Source: Octopus bimaculoides
Taxonomy: Eukaryota
Assembly: GCF_001194135.2 (NCBI RefSeq)
Contig: NC_068984.1
Location: 122,836,921 to 122,900,920, forward strand
Direction: 5' to 3'
DNA length: 64,000 nucleotides
The position numbers and the translations under genes are program-made. Positions 26,166 through 40,654 of this stretch are shown one piece after another. The notes below the pieces were generated by a model that did not search any database, was not told where the DNA came from, and saw nothing but the letters and a program-made list of their open reading frames with translations. Every line of letters starts with the position of its first letter. Within the stretch, counting starts at the first letter, position 1.

Positions 26166-26369
26166 CAAGGGGGTGTTGAAAAATTCCTGGCTTTAAGAGT
26201 ATCACAAAAGGCCTGGTTGAAGGCCCAAACTTCCAAGTTCTTTTACCAAGCTTAGAAAAACTGAAGGGCCACTGTAATAAGTGTGGGAATATGTTGAATA
26301 AAATCATAATTAACTGATCTTCCTGTATTTTCTTTTACCCAAAGCCAGGAACTTTTCAACACCCCCTCA
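26166..26369. mobile_element. Mariner-derived MITE with TA target-site duplication
   Basis: TA-caagggggtgttgaaaaattcctggcttt ... aaagccaggaacttttcaacaccccctca-TA; the interior retains a mariner-like C-terminal coding remnant (..aataagtgtgggaatatgttgaataa). Confidence 0.85.
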
Positions 26370-26519
26370 TATATGTGCTCATGCATACATACATAAGCAT
26401 TTGTGAATTAGTATACTCTTAAAGGAAGGTTTATTAGAATAATATGGGGTTCGGTGAATTTTCAAAGTTATTAAAAAAAATCTTATAATACTAAAGTCGT
26501 CTGTTGTCTTCTTTCTTAG

Positions 26520-26618
26520 GCTGGTTACACTCCACTGCACACTGCCTGCCACTTTGGACAAACAAATATGGTACGATTCCTGCTTGACCACAATGCATCA
26601 GTCAGCTCTACAACTAAG
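26520..26618 (+). CDS. ANK2: Ankyrin exon, repeat 22 (AGYTPLHTACHFGQTNMVRFLLDHNASVSSTTK)
   Basis: tcttag|...|gtatgt, 99 nt. Confidence 0.96.
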
Positions 26619-27450
26619 GTATGTTTGTCTATGACATTTCTCTTTTTCATTGGTCTATTTACTTTCCTTCTCTTTGCTCTTGTTTCAGTTGTGATTTTTG
26701 AAAGACAGATATTGTGTGTGTGCACGTGCATTGTTAATTACAATATAGTCTCTACCTCAACTGGTTGGCAGTTATGCATATGTCCTTGCAATTGGATTAA
26801 TAATTTCATGCAGACATGCTCATAGGTGTGTGTGTGGAAAACTTATAAATTGCATGTATGTTTATGGGTACAAGAGCACACGAGCATATGTTTACATATG
26901 CATGCACACACATACTCTCTCTCACACACACACATACACTTTGTGTTTAAGAAGTAGATTATGCTACAGAATGTCGAGATAGACATCATAATAAACTCAT
27001 GAACTACATGCATACACTTTGGTTGTGCCAAACAACTTGAAGCTTCCTAAAAGTGTCCAGGTGTTCTAAGATGTAAGGCTCTTTCTAAATGTATTCTCCA
27101 TATCCAGCATAAGTTCCACTAGAATTGCAACCTGTGAACAGAATCTTGTCTGTACAAAGGCGCTGAAAGAGAGCATCTGCACTGGTGTGGACATATGATA
27201 GAGGTAGTCATTAATTAATGGGTAAACAAAACGTGCCGTAGGAGGTAGAAAGTAGCAACGATAGAGAATATGACAAGATTAGAACTCAGGAAGGTGGTAT
27301 CTGTTGTATAGAATGGTAGTGTAAGACATGAGTGGAAGTGGTGAGGTTAGTTCTCAGGATGTTTGGCCCCCACAGATCAGGTGATGCAGGAATATGATGA
27401 GCTGTTTCTTTTGAGCTAAATGTATGCCTATCAGTACAGTGCTCCACCCC

Positions 27451-27641
27451 TCATCATCATCATCATCGTCTAACGTCCGCTTTCCATGCTAGCATGGGTT
27501 GGACGATTTGACTGAGGACTGGTGCAACCGGATGGCTACACCAGGCTTCAATCTAATTTGGCAGAGTTTCTACAGCTGGATGCCCTTCCTAACGCCAACC
27601 ACTCAGAGAGTGTAGTGGGTGCTTTTACGTGTCACCCGCAC
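27451..27641 (-). mobile_element. SINE/RTE-type 3' end, young copy
   Basis: Reverse complement of 526-711 with about 6 differences in ~186 nt (manual count). Confidence 0.9.
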
Positions 27642-27700
27642 TTGTGACTCAAACTCCTTCTTAGTTACTGTCAATAACAACACACTGATAAATTGTTGTT

Positions 27701-27747
<47 letters not shown>

Positions 27748-29151
27748 GTGTATGTATATATCTATATATGAATATATATATATAGACGTATGACTGTATA
27801 TATAAATCAGTGTTAACTGAAGTTCTGTGAAATTTGTTCTTTTCATATTTTTGTGCAAGGAAGAAAGTATCAATTCCTTTGGCCCATGCATTTTCATGTT
27901 GGCATGGATTACACTCACACACACATGCACACTCTGAATGCATCAGAGCTTAGTCATTTCATTCTAAATTATTTTCAATTTTCTCTTTATACCTCTTGAC
28001 ACTGCCTTGTCCACAGTTCACAGCTCTCAAGCGTTTCTACAAAGATAACTTTTGTGATTTGATGCAGAGAAAATGGCATGAGTGTTGAGGTTGTCTTCAC
28101 TTATTTTTATTTACATCTTTCATAGATTTTTGTCTCTTGCACAGTTAATTTTCTTCCACCCATTATCATCATATCATTTCCATTAATAACTTTCATGTCT
28201 CTGGGTGAGGTTGAATTGGTTTGCAATGTTGCCTTGCTTCTTGGTCATTCCTCCTAAAAGCTTCACAATACTTTGTGTTTCCTTGTCCTATTTCTATTCT
28301 ACCTACTTTTTTTTTTTTAACTATATGTGGGCAACACAAAGCTTATCTCCACCTTACACATACACATTTCTCCCTTCCTCTCTTCAGCAACCATAATAGC
28401 TTTATGAATGTTTATGTTGTTCTTTAGATCTCTGGTCTACACTGACCAAGCAATCCTATGATCAAAGGTGTTGATTTCATCCTATTATTCCTGCATCTAA
28501 AGCTATATCATCCACTGTGTCCTTCCTTTTTTAAGACAGTAGGGTGTAGTTTCAGAGATTTAACTGCATTTTCTAGCTGGTCAAGTAACCTCATAGAGGC
28601 TCTCTATGATGTGATCAGCAATATATTCATACTGCCTCAGTGTTGTCCTTAGAAATAACTGCTAGTTAGTATCAAATAGAATGTCCTTACAATGCCAAGG
28701 CATTCTACTGTTAAGTTTCACATTATATGACAACGCTGTCCCTTGTTACATCATAATGTCCAACCATGTGGTAACTGAGATAAATACCTATGTTGTCAAT
28801 GTCTACAATATTATGATAAGGACCCAGAACAATATTATGTTAAAAACCCAGTAAGACAACAAAATCCATTTAATTTAGAGAAGTCCCAGTGAAACTTTAT
28901 CTGGGAAACAATATCCGCTACAGTAATATATAATCTAAGAGACTGGAGTGCATTAAAGTCATTGGAAAACTAACTGTTTGGACAGTGGTTTGCAGAAGAA
29001 TTGGTAGGGCATTTGGTATTTGTTCTGTTCCTTTGTGCTCTAAGTTCAAATTCCACTAAGGTCAGCTTTACCTTTCATCCTTCTGGAGTTGATATTATGA
29101 AATAATTAATAACCCCCATCCCCTGTGTGCCAAAATTTGAAGTCATTATTA

Positions 29152-29189
<38 letters not shown>

Positions 29190-30179
29190 GTATTGTCTCA
29201 TCACTGAAGACTGGGTATTTGGTTTTGCTTTACTCATATCTCAGACTTATCATTTATAATTAAAAATAGTTGTCTTTTCGTATGGGTGTGTCTGCTGGAA
29301 TATGACAAAGATAATGCAAGTGAGAGGTGTGAAACATCTTGGCCAACATACTTATTGTACATGAACAACTTGAGAGCTCAATCTAATATAATGTTGCTGT
29401 TGTCATTGCTGCTGCTACTGCTTCCTTGCATATGTACACACATTCTTTTATGTGTGACTCTAGATTCTAGCTCATCCACCTGCCATCACCCCTTGTGCAC
29501 TTGCTATTGCCTTGCAGCCTACAGCTCATCATCACATCCCTGACTCATCCTTTTCTCTCTCTCACTCCCCACTCTTATATAATTGATGTCCTTTTTTATC
29601 AAGACAGCAGTAGTATTGATCCTACTATATTTCATTTTTGGATTGTCCAATCCATCTCAGTACAGTAAAGGTGATTGAGAGAAGGAGAGACAGGTTGTCA
29701 GCTGGGCTTGAATGGAAGTGGTATCTAAGTATATATCTAGTTCAGACAAGCAGAGGCCATTATAGTAATGAGGAAAGAAACAGAGTAAGGAAACTACAAT
29801 TCTGTTGGAAGTCAGAGGTTGTAGTACTTTTGTGAGTGAGTTTTTGCCAGCCAGCTTCTTGGCTTTCTTTTGGATGCAGTTTGTGGTGTTAGTGTATGTA
29901 GTATCATCCCTGTGCCACATACAGGAGCACTACTCATATATGTGTAACTTGAGCTTTGTAGACAAGCTCAGTAGTTGATCAAAGGTCATGTATTTTATGG
30001 CTTTGAAAGAGGAGAAGTCAGTCTTCATGATGCAGCTTTTGCTATGTTGTGTATGTGGAATTGCCAGAAAAGATCACCAGAGAGTGGGAGAACATGATTG
30101 TATTTTAGATAAGTTATGATCCTAAAAGTGTGTGTGTGTGTGTACACATTGTAGTTAACTTAGTATTGTCCCAAAGAGG

Positions 30180-30900
30180 GCCACTACTTGGAAGATTATA
30201 TTGTTGCTTAGCTAATATGACATCCCAGATTCGTTCCTACCTGAATGAATATACTCATTGTTGCTAGATTGGTTTTTACACTTCCAAGATGGTTCTCAGA
30301 TAGATGACTAAGAAATCTATCTTGTGTAATACAAGGCCAGTGCCTAAACTCTGCCTTCCATCCATCTAAATTTAGCATATTCTTTTGATGTCCCTACTTG
30401 TATAACTGAATTGTACACGAGATTATTAGGAAACTCATTTAATCAGTTAATATTAATCTTGTACACAAATATTAATCCTGGACATGACTGAATGTTGTGT
30501 CAGACACTTGACCATCAAATGTGAAACCCTCTCACTATGACCATCAGCAAAGATGTTATCTGATGGCTATTTCTGTAATTCACAATACTCTTGAGTAAAT
30601 TTTCCCAAGTAAACATTCCCAAATTACTGCAGCTATCACTGATGCCTTCAGGTCACTTGAGCAATTATTAGTGCCCCCTGGCATGAATTTACTTCCTGGT
30701 CAGTTTGATCCTCAGTAGTATTCTCAGGTCAGTCTGACAATCAGTGATATTCTCTATGATCATCTAACAAATGTCATGAACGACACTCTCTGGACTGACC
30801 TGGGACTGAGCAACAATCAACATATATTCTGCATGTTACAGATACATTATTTTAATAACATATATTTAAGCTAGGTCCATGAGCCAGCGAAAGAGAGCCT
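30180..30900 (+). mobile_element. Possible highly decayed non-LTR retrotransposon RT remnant
   Basis: Only faint motif resemblance (RSYL..., VIQGQCL resembling VPQGSVL); no ORF. Confidence 0.25.
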
Positions 30901-31360
30901 CTACAAAGTTATGTAGTCTGCAAGAAATAGGAGGCAAACCTTCCTCCAGTTGCACTCTGCAACTTAAAAATTGGAATTTTAGATTCATTATATTCATAGC
31001 TAGCATATCCTTGACCATAGATGTGTTGGAAAAAGGCTAAACAAGAACACCAACTAAAACACTGTCCTCATGATGCCTGTTTTAATATTAAGCTTCATCT
31101 CTTTTCTCTTTATCATTAGGATTAAAAAATAGTATTGAAAATCCTGCCAAATAATTCATACATATATATATATATATGTATATNNNNNNNNNNNNNNNNN
31201 NNNNNNNNNNNNNNNNNNNNNNNNNNNNNNNNNNNNNNNNNNNNNNNNNNNNNNNNNNNNNNNNNNNNNNNNNNNNNNNNNNNNNNNNNNNNNNNNNNNN
31301 NNNNNNNNNNNNNNNNNNNNNNNNNNNNNNNNNNNNNNNNNNNNNNNNNNNNNNNNNNNN

Positions 31361-31417
<57 letters not shown>

Positions 31418-34400
31418 TACCAATTGTTATGTTACTGGCTTCGACTAATGAACAGCTCCTTGCAAAATACTCTAACAACTATTTTTTGTTGTATTTGATA
31501 AGACAAGGAATGACCTTTTCACAACCATATTATCTGATAAGTTTTGGCTAGATGTAATCCAGACTAGAACTAGCATTGTAGTAACAACACCTGTGGTGTA
31601 ATAAATATCATATAGAAGAGCCTTTTAGGAACCAATGAACAAGCTTTCAAGAGCCATAAAAGTGGCTTTCAGCAATTGTTGAGCAAGCTTTCAAGCACAA
31701 GATTTGCTGTTCCTCTTATTTTCTTTACTTTTGAATTAATACCTCAGGATAAGGCAGTGAGTTGGCAATATTGGAAGCACGCTGGACAAAATGCCTAGCA
31801 GCATTTCTTCCAACTTACATTCTGCATTCGAATGCTGTCAATATTTATTTTGTTTTTTCATCCTTTTGTGGTCAACAGAATAAGTACCAGTTGAGCACTG
31901 GTGTTGATGTAATCAACTTCCCCATCACCACAAAAAATTGCTGGCCTTGTGCCAAAATTAGAAAGAATTATACTTCAGGAGGATGAAATGATGTCTTTCT
32001 CTCTGAACACTGAAATCACATCATCGTCATCATCAACATCGTCATCATGACATCAACAAAAAAAATCTGGTTTGTAAGTTAGTTGACTAATTACATAAAC
32101 AGTCTTATATCAGACTAAGCACATTACAATATTTGGTTTCATCTCTCTGTGTTTGCTAAATTAAAATTTCACCATTGAGATCAGTTTCTTTTTATATTCT
32201 TTCAACCTCCAAGGTCGAGGAAATTATATATGTGTGTGTATGTATGTACTTTGAGTGATTCAATTTGCTATAGCCCTCTGTGCATTCAGAATCTGTCCTT
32301 GTACCTAGTCAAAAGTAACCATTACCCTTCTAGGCATACACTGCTGCTTTGTTCTTACTCCATTCATTGGAGATGTTATTTTGACTGGACCAAACCAATT
32401 CTTGTCAAAGATTCTATCTCAATATAAATTAATAGGATTATTCATTGTTCTCCATTTTAAAATAATGTTTCTGTTGTATTTATTTCTGTTTTTCTTCTCA
32501 ACTTGCCAAGGCACCATTCCTCTGCTCATTGTTTTACTGATTATTATCTCTTTATTATTGTTATTTGTTCATGATTGTATACATAGCATAGGTGTTGATT
32601 ACTTGGAGGTAAAAATGTCTCTTTCCACCAGGTCTGAAGACATCAGACAGAAAATACTTCCCTTAGAATATTTAAAACAAAAGAAAAGCTAAGAAAAATT
32701 TGTTAAGTCTGTAGAGTGATGAACAAAATGCCTTCCAGCATTTGGTTGCATCCCTCCAAGTTCAAATCCTGCTAAGGTTGATTTTGTTTTCATTCTTCTC
32801 ATGTTGATAAAGTAAGTACCAGTCAAGTATTGAAGTTGATTTCATCAACTTTAACCTCTCCCCAGAAATTATGTTAGATATCAATATTATTATTATTATT
32901 ATTATTTCAGTTGAGTACAATCTATGTTATGATTGTAATTATTCAGACTATTCATCTTTATGGATGGAAAATGTTTTGTTATTTACATCTTCATAGTCTA
33001 TCAAGTGATTTGATCTCCAGTCATTATCAGTTGCTCTCTTCCTGGATGTGTACACAGTACCAGATTGGATTTGAACAAGGAAGCTGGTGTCCCAGCATGA
33101 CCACAGCCTTAGGGCTGAAACATGTAAAAGAATAAAAGTGGTAACATTATTATTATCTTCTAGGCCTCATGCATCACTGACCTTTAAGAGTGTTACTAAC
33201 CTTAGTTTAGAAATAAACACTCCTAGTTTGAATGCATGCTGGTACTATGTACACATCCAGGAACAAGACACCTGATGCTAATTAAAGATCATACAAATGA
33301 GACTGTTTTGTATATGTAAATATTAAAGTATTTTTCATCCCTAAAGATGAAGTTAACAGTCCAATAAATTGTATTCACAATAACTCTTCTCAGACATTGA
33401 AACAAAGTATCTTCTTGTTTATGGAAGGCCAACAAAAGCTTCTGTGTGTTTCCATTGATTTGTTGATGACTGTTGTAATACATTACACATCACTGTAGTT
33501 TATTTCAATTTTTTTTTCTTAATAAAACTGCTGACAGCTATTTGTTCTGTTCATGTAGCTTCCTCATACAGTGGTAAGTTGTAGACTTTTATGGAAAAAA
33601 AAAAATGAAAAAAAAAAAATAACTGCTCCTGGTGCTGAAGCTCCATCCCCAATCCCACCCCATACCAATTCTGTTACCACCTCCACCCAGCATAGCTGAT
33701 GCTGCTGTGTCTCCATGCGGAGCAGTTTGATAGCTTCATTTATTTATTTACTCTCTTTCACATACACATTATTTTGAAGTCAGGGTTGGGTTAATCCTCA
33801 GTATCTAGGAAAGCCCTCTTGCCAGCTTTTTGCTCTGCAGCCAGTTAAACAGGAAGGGTCCCCTCACACTTGTTTAGTGCCTTTAGTAAAACAAAGAAAC
33901 TGCCTGGTTGATTCTCAGACAAAACACTGACCCTACTTCTTGTTCTTTCAGAACATGAAATACTTTTTAGGAATATTTATTTTGAAATTACAACCTTTAT
34001 AATAAGACCAGAATTTCTTCTTTGTGTAAAGCAATAGTTTGTCATGGATGAGATGTATAAGAAATCTACTGCCTGAGTGTATCCATGATCTTGTTAAGGA
34101 ATAAAGAATATTTATTCAGAGAAATTTAGAAGTAGCAGTTATCTTGTTAGATTCTGATAATCTTGGATATGAATGGTGGAGCTGATTGTTAAGTTGATTG
34201 GATACAAGAAAACTGAAACAAGAATGGGAAAATAGTTCATATGCCATCACTGTTACCATGTTGAGTCCTTCTTGTTCTTAGATGGTACTTTAGATGACAC
34301 AATAGAACTAATGACAGCGCCATGGAATTGATGAGTAAATGTTGATGTGCAATGCTGAATTCAGTTCTCTCACAAAGCCACGTAAAACACAAACCGTGAC

Positions 34401-37004
34401 ATTTGGCTCAAGAGAGGACAAGTGGTGCAGCAAGAATGAGCATTGAAGATGGTAGAAACATTTGGCCGAGTGTCACAACATCTGACTCAACAAAACTTGT
34501 GCTGTTGTGTGGGAGTTTTGTCACCTACATCGGTGTGTGGCCCCAGGCAGCCCTGGTGTTGGAGTGGAAGAGGCCAAAACACCCACAGGGCTGTTTCACT
34601 GCCTGATGAGTCATTGATACCAACATTCAGAGACTGCAGCACCCTATCAGCTAAATTCTGCAAACACCAGAGATAAGCACCAGTACTATAGATACACAAA
34701 ATGGAATGATCACTAGAAATCAAAGAATCTGAAGGTTATAGGATTTTCCTCTAAGTTGTTTATTAATTAATTGTTAATTCTTTTATTTCTCCACACCTCT
34801 GAAATATCTTTCTCGTTCTTCTCAAAAAAAAAAGCTGGGATACAAACTAACACTTCTTGTTTGTTTGTAGAAAGCATTGTTTTAAGATTCAGTAGTTTCT
34901 GACTACATCATAATAAGTTCAAACATTGCTAACTCCATTTAACTGCTTCTTATACAAAGTGAAAATATAAAAGAAGACAAATCACTTTAAAATGCATGTC
35001 AACTAAATATGAGAAACAATTTATGAGTAGCAATGGATCAGTGCTTCTAGAAACTTCCAGGCTAAATTGCCACATTTTAAACTACCTTGGGTACTGCATG
35101 CAAAAACTAGACCTTAAGATCAGTATATGACTGGCTCAGTATTGCCAGTTCTGCAACAAACTCCATTTCACTGTCCAAAATTCCATACAAGGGCCCACAA
35201 TTGGAGTTGCTTGAATTTTAGAAACTCTCAGATGTTAGTCTACCATCAGAAGATATGAATATGAGGAGTTTATCTGTTAATATGACTATTACCTGAGAAA
35301 AATTGCTGTCAGCCCTCTAGGGAAGAGCTAACAGTCTATATTCTATCTCCTGCACTCTACACTTGGACACTTAACTCTCACTGATCCAGTCTACTATTCT
35401 GCAAAGAGATACCATGATGTTGTGCAGATTATTGTCATAGGTTGTAAGAGCACTAGCTTTTTTTTTTTTAACTAACAGTATTAAGTTCAAATCCCAACCG
35501 TATTTTCTTTTCGAGACTTCTTTAATAAGACAATTGAGGTCTTTTCAGATATTTTGAGGCATTGAACATATCAAGGAAGATGAGACATTATTAATGGGGA
35601 TTCAACTGGGATCTTGTTGAGATCACTTTCTCCCCTCTCCTCCCAGTTATTTTAACTTACTCTTAAGTTTAAAATATCACACATCTCTTAGAAACTTAAG
35701 ATTTCTATTGGAAAATAAGTTTTACAAATTTTTCTGATAGCTTAGTATATTATGAGTATATTATGATAGGGACTCTTAAGAAGGCAAGTTGGCAGAATTG
35801 TTAGCATACTGGACAAAATGCTTAGCAATATTTCTTCAGGCTTTACATTCTGAGTTCAAATTCCACCAAGGTCAGCCTTTCTTCCTTTCAGGCTTGATAG
35901 AATATGGTACCGGTCAAGCACTGAGGTTGATGTAATCAACTAGGTCCCTCCCACCAAAATTTCAGGCCTTGTTCCTTTAGTAAAAAGAATTATCATAAGG
36001 ACTTTTTTTTTTTTTTTTAATTAAGTAGAACATCATTAATTTATAGAGGAATTAAACAATATTCATGTCTTTCTCAAGGACATTAGTGTTATATAAATGG
36101 TGTGAACTTGGCTATAACCAGGAACTGAAAACTGGTTTGTGAAATGGCTCTCTGATAGCTTACCTTTTGACTTCTCATCCCATCACCCTAATTATTTAAC
36201 AAAACTCATGTTAAAATTCATTAATAATTTGCAAAATATTTCATATTTTGCAATATTAAGGGTCCATTAATTAACCCTTTAAATGCATTTAAAATCTATA
36301 GTAATTTTGCTTTCAGACCATTTACTGACTCTGCCATCATTCTCTGCTGAATTTTCTGATATTTTTCTCTTTCTGCTCTCTTAAATTTCTTCTTGTTACT
36401 CTGCTCTTTTCAGAAAAAAAAAAAAAATCCCTATTTTTTTCGCTTAACTAGCTATTTTTAAAATTGCCATATGTATTCAAAGCCATAATTAAAATTTTGT
36501 TGTTATTGTTTATTTCTGAGAGAGATGTCTTTTTAGAATTAAAAGTAGTAGTGGTGGTGNNNNNNNNNNNNNNNNNNNNNNNNNNNNNNNNNNNNNNNNN
36601 NNNNNNNNNNNNNNNNNNNNNNNNNNNNNNNNNNNNNNNNNNNNNNNNNNNNNNNNNNNNNNNNNNNNNNNNNNNNNNNNNNNNNNNNNNNNNNNNNNNN
36701 NNNNNNNNNNNNNNNNNNNNNNNNNNNNNNNNNNNNNNNNNNNNNNNNNNNNNNNNNNNNNNNNNNNNNNNNNNNNNNNNNNNNNNNNNNNNNNNNNNNA
36801 ACCCCATCCATATCTACTTTTACAATCTCCTTCTAAGGTTGCTTCTTTTATGAAATTCCAGTTACAATCCAAATCACCACCATCCTTGCCCACTACTATC
36901 ATCACCACCACCACCACTATCAAATGTACCCATACCCTCTCTCCCTCTATTTTTTTTATTTAAATTACCATTTTTTAACTGAGTATGGAAACTGATTTTA
37001 CTTT

Positions 37005-37038
<34 letters not shown>

Positions 37039-39900
37039 TGTAATTTGGTCAGGGGAATAAGAACAATGCCCCCATATAAATCACTGCAGACCCTCCCTTG
37101 TTGGTGAGACCGATGCAGTCAATGATCGGTCTCAAAATCTGCAAGTTAATATCTACAGGGAAAGCACAGCTAGGTAGGGGGGCCCAAGTTCTTGTTCAGA
37201 TGCTTGTAACAGAATGGTAGCATTAAACTGGATGGTGTGTTAGGTCTCGCAATATTGTTCCCTATACAGACATACTCACACCTACACACATATGGTCATG
37301 TTGGTTTTTTTCTAAAATTAATTAGAATATATATTTTTTTAAATGTGGTAAAGAATTTGATTGTTGATAAAGGAGGGTATTTAAAATCGTTTTTTATTAC
37401 ATCATCATCATTGCTATGTTCAGATATTATATTTCATTGTTACTCTTGGCACTTTACTCCACTTATGACTGCATGTGAACAAATTTTTATTTTTAAGTAA
37501 TTGGATCAATTTATTTTAATATACACCTACCCCAAAATTCTGTCGTTTTTTTTTTTGTCTAAGTTAGAAATTACTTCTAGTATTATTATTATTATTTGTC
37601 AATATTATGCCTAGGCTGTGAGCATATCAAACAAGATTTTTAGCATTATTTCTTTCAGCTCCAAGATCAACTTTGTCATTCATCTTTACATGGTTGATAA
37701 AATAAAGTACCAGCCAAGTACTGCAACTTTCCCCCTCCCCTCAGAATTACTGGCCTTGTGCCAAAGTTTGAGCAAGCTGTCTAACTCATGCCAGCATGGA
37801 AAAAGGGACGTTAAATGATGATGATGATTAAGTGGTGAGCTGGTAGTAGTGTTAGCACACCAGACATAATGATTAGCAGCATTTCATCTGTCTCTACATT
37901 CTGAGTTCAAATTCTGCTGAGGTCAACTTTTTCTTTCATCCTTTTGGGGTTGATAAAATAAGTATCAGTCAAGAACTAGCAGAATCATTAGAGCATAACA
38001 AAAACTTAGTGGTGTTTGTTCTGGCTCTTTATATTCTGAATCCAACTCCCACCAGCATCAACTTTGCTTTCTCTCTTTACTCAATACCATAATGTACCAG
38101 TCATGTACTGGGATTGATGGTTTCAATTCAAAATGACAGACCTAAATGAAAACCATTATCATCATCACAGTTCATATCCAGCAAGTGTCAACTTTGCTTG
38201 TCACCTCTCTGGAGTGGATAAATCAATACCAATAATATGTCCAAAGTTTATAACTATTTATAACACAGTAATATAATAAGGGAGGAAAATGGACTTACAG
38301 TATTTAGTTACATCCTTTTGTTTTGAGTTCAAGTCCCATCCCATTGCCTGTTCATTTTACCTTTCATTCCCTCTGGAATCCAATCAAGTACTGGAGCCAA
38401 AACAATTGACAACTATGCCTTTCCAAATGTATGACCTTGTCCTAATATCAGAGAAAGATTATTATAATTATCATCATCATTAACAGCAGCATTTCGTCCG
38501 TCTTTATGTTCTGAGTTTGAGTTTAAATTCCACTGCGATCAACTTTGCCTTTCATTTTTTCAGGGTCAGTAAATAAGTACCAGTTGAGCACTGGGGTCGA
38601 TGTAATTGACTGGCACCTTCCAACAAAATTTCACGCCTTGTGCCTATAATAGAAAGGATTATTATTAAAGTGATAAAAATTGGCAGAAATGGCAATGTGC
38701 CAGGCTAAATGCCTTTTGCTGTTTTGATTTCCTTCTCCTCCTTGTCTTGTTAATTTTAAAACCTGCTGGGGTAAAAGCTATGCATGTTGTCCCTCCAGGG
38801 GATAAATATCAAACATAAACTCCCATTAATTCAACCAATCCTGTTCACTGTCACACTACTAATGGTGACCTTGGCCTTCAGCTTGTGTGAAAAACAATTA
38901 GTTTTATGCTTGTAGTTTTCTGTTCTCTTTTGGCTTACTTTATAGATACTTCTTTCCTGAGGGCCTCTATCCTAAAAAATAATTGATTCATATAATTCTT
39001 TCTTAAAATAATAACTTCCATCATCATAACCATACATTTCTCACTCCTTCTCAAAGGGGCCTTAACTATATATAGTCAGACCAAGAAAAGTGAGTCTACA
39101 AAGTCGTTCAACCTCTCTAGAAATAGCAGTCAAGTCTTCCCTCAAACCTAACCCTATAGTCACTCATTGGTAATGTAGGCTGGGTATAGTATGCAATGCT
39201 TGGAAAAAAAAAAGATTGGATGGGCATGGCTAGAATGCTTTTGGTCATAGATCTACTAGACTTGGCTGACATGGGGTTAAACACCAACATATATATATTT
39301 ATATGAAGTGTGAATGATTTGACCTTGTGTATCATAGGCAGTGTCCCCTAACATCTGGTCTGGGTTCAGAAATCATTTAGTTATATCCAGTTTGCCTTGT
39401 ATGGTTATTATAGGTTATTTTAAAAGAGTTGCCCATTTGTTTCATGTTTTAAAATTGCTAACTTCATCATTGACACTGCCACCACCACCATCATCATTCA
39501 TTTCACTGACACCACCACCTTATGGAAAGGGGAGAAAAGAAATTGTGGTGTTCTTGCCTTTTGGTAGGGAAGCACGGTGGAAATAAGTAGGGAGGGTTAC
39601 TTGATACCATCAACCTCAGTACTAGACTGGTACTTCAGTTCATCAACCCTCAAGGGATGAAAGGCTTAGTTGACCTTGGTGAGATTTGAACTCACAATGT
39701 AAGTAATTCTGTGTGGTCTTCTAATAATTCTGCTGACAATAAAAAATAATAATTTATAGTATGGACACAAGGGCATGAATTTGATTAGGGTTGTACTGTC
39801 AGTTCGACTGACATGAATATTTTACTGGTACTGATTGTATAAAACTTTGGAAGCATGAAAGGAATAGTTGAGCTCTAAGGTCCAAACTTAGCCTCAGCAG

Positions 39901-39942
<42 letters not shown>

Positions 39943-40617
39943 GATTTCTTTTATTAGCCATAGGAGCTATCACAAGGACAAGCTATAATGTGTGTGGTGG
40001 GGAAGGGTTAATAGTAATAATGGGTTTTAAATTTTGGCACAAGGCCAGCAATTTGGGGGAGGGGGAAATTGATTTTTTTCAACTCAAGTGCTCATCTGTT
40101 ACTTATTTTATTAACCCTGAGTAGGATGAAAGGCAAAGTTAACTGACCATGACAGGATATTAACTCAGAACGTAAAGATGGATGAAATGCCACGAAGCAT
40201 TTTACCTGGCATACTAACAATTCTGCCAGTTCACCATCTTATCCTTAAGAGTAATATTAGAAACAGCAGCTCATCATTCCAACTATAGGTCCCTAACATT
40301 TATTATATCCATCTCTTCTGTAAATACTTTTACCGCTATTATTTGTATTTCTACATCTCCATAAAAACAATTTAGTTTTTAGAAATCTTACATTCCTTGA
40401 AGTTCTTCTAATTAAACCTTTAACTCTTGGAGTGTTCCTGTTTGTAAGAGTATATTACGTATGTGTGTATGTGTTTAGTTAAGAAGTTTTCCTTAAGGCC
40501 ACATGGTTCCAGGCTCATTCCTAGTGTGTTGAAGCTGTCCACTGGTGTCTTCTACTATGACCACAGATTGACCAGATTGTGAGTGTAATTTGATGAATGG
40601 AAACTGGAAGAAGCCTA

Positions 40618-40654
<37 letters not shown>

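Noticed and set aside
34602-34640. CTGATGAGTC... possible hammerhead core (also CTGATGAGG at ~13127)
   Set aside because: No GAAA after a stem II and no stem I/III complementarity
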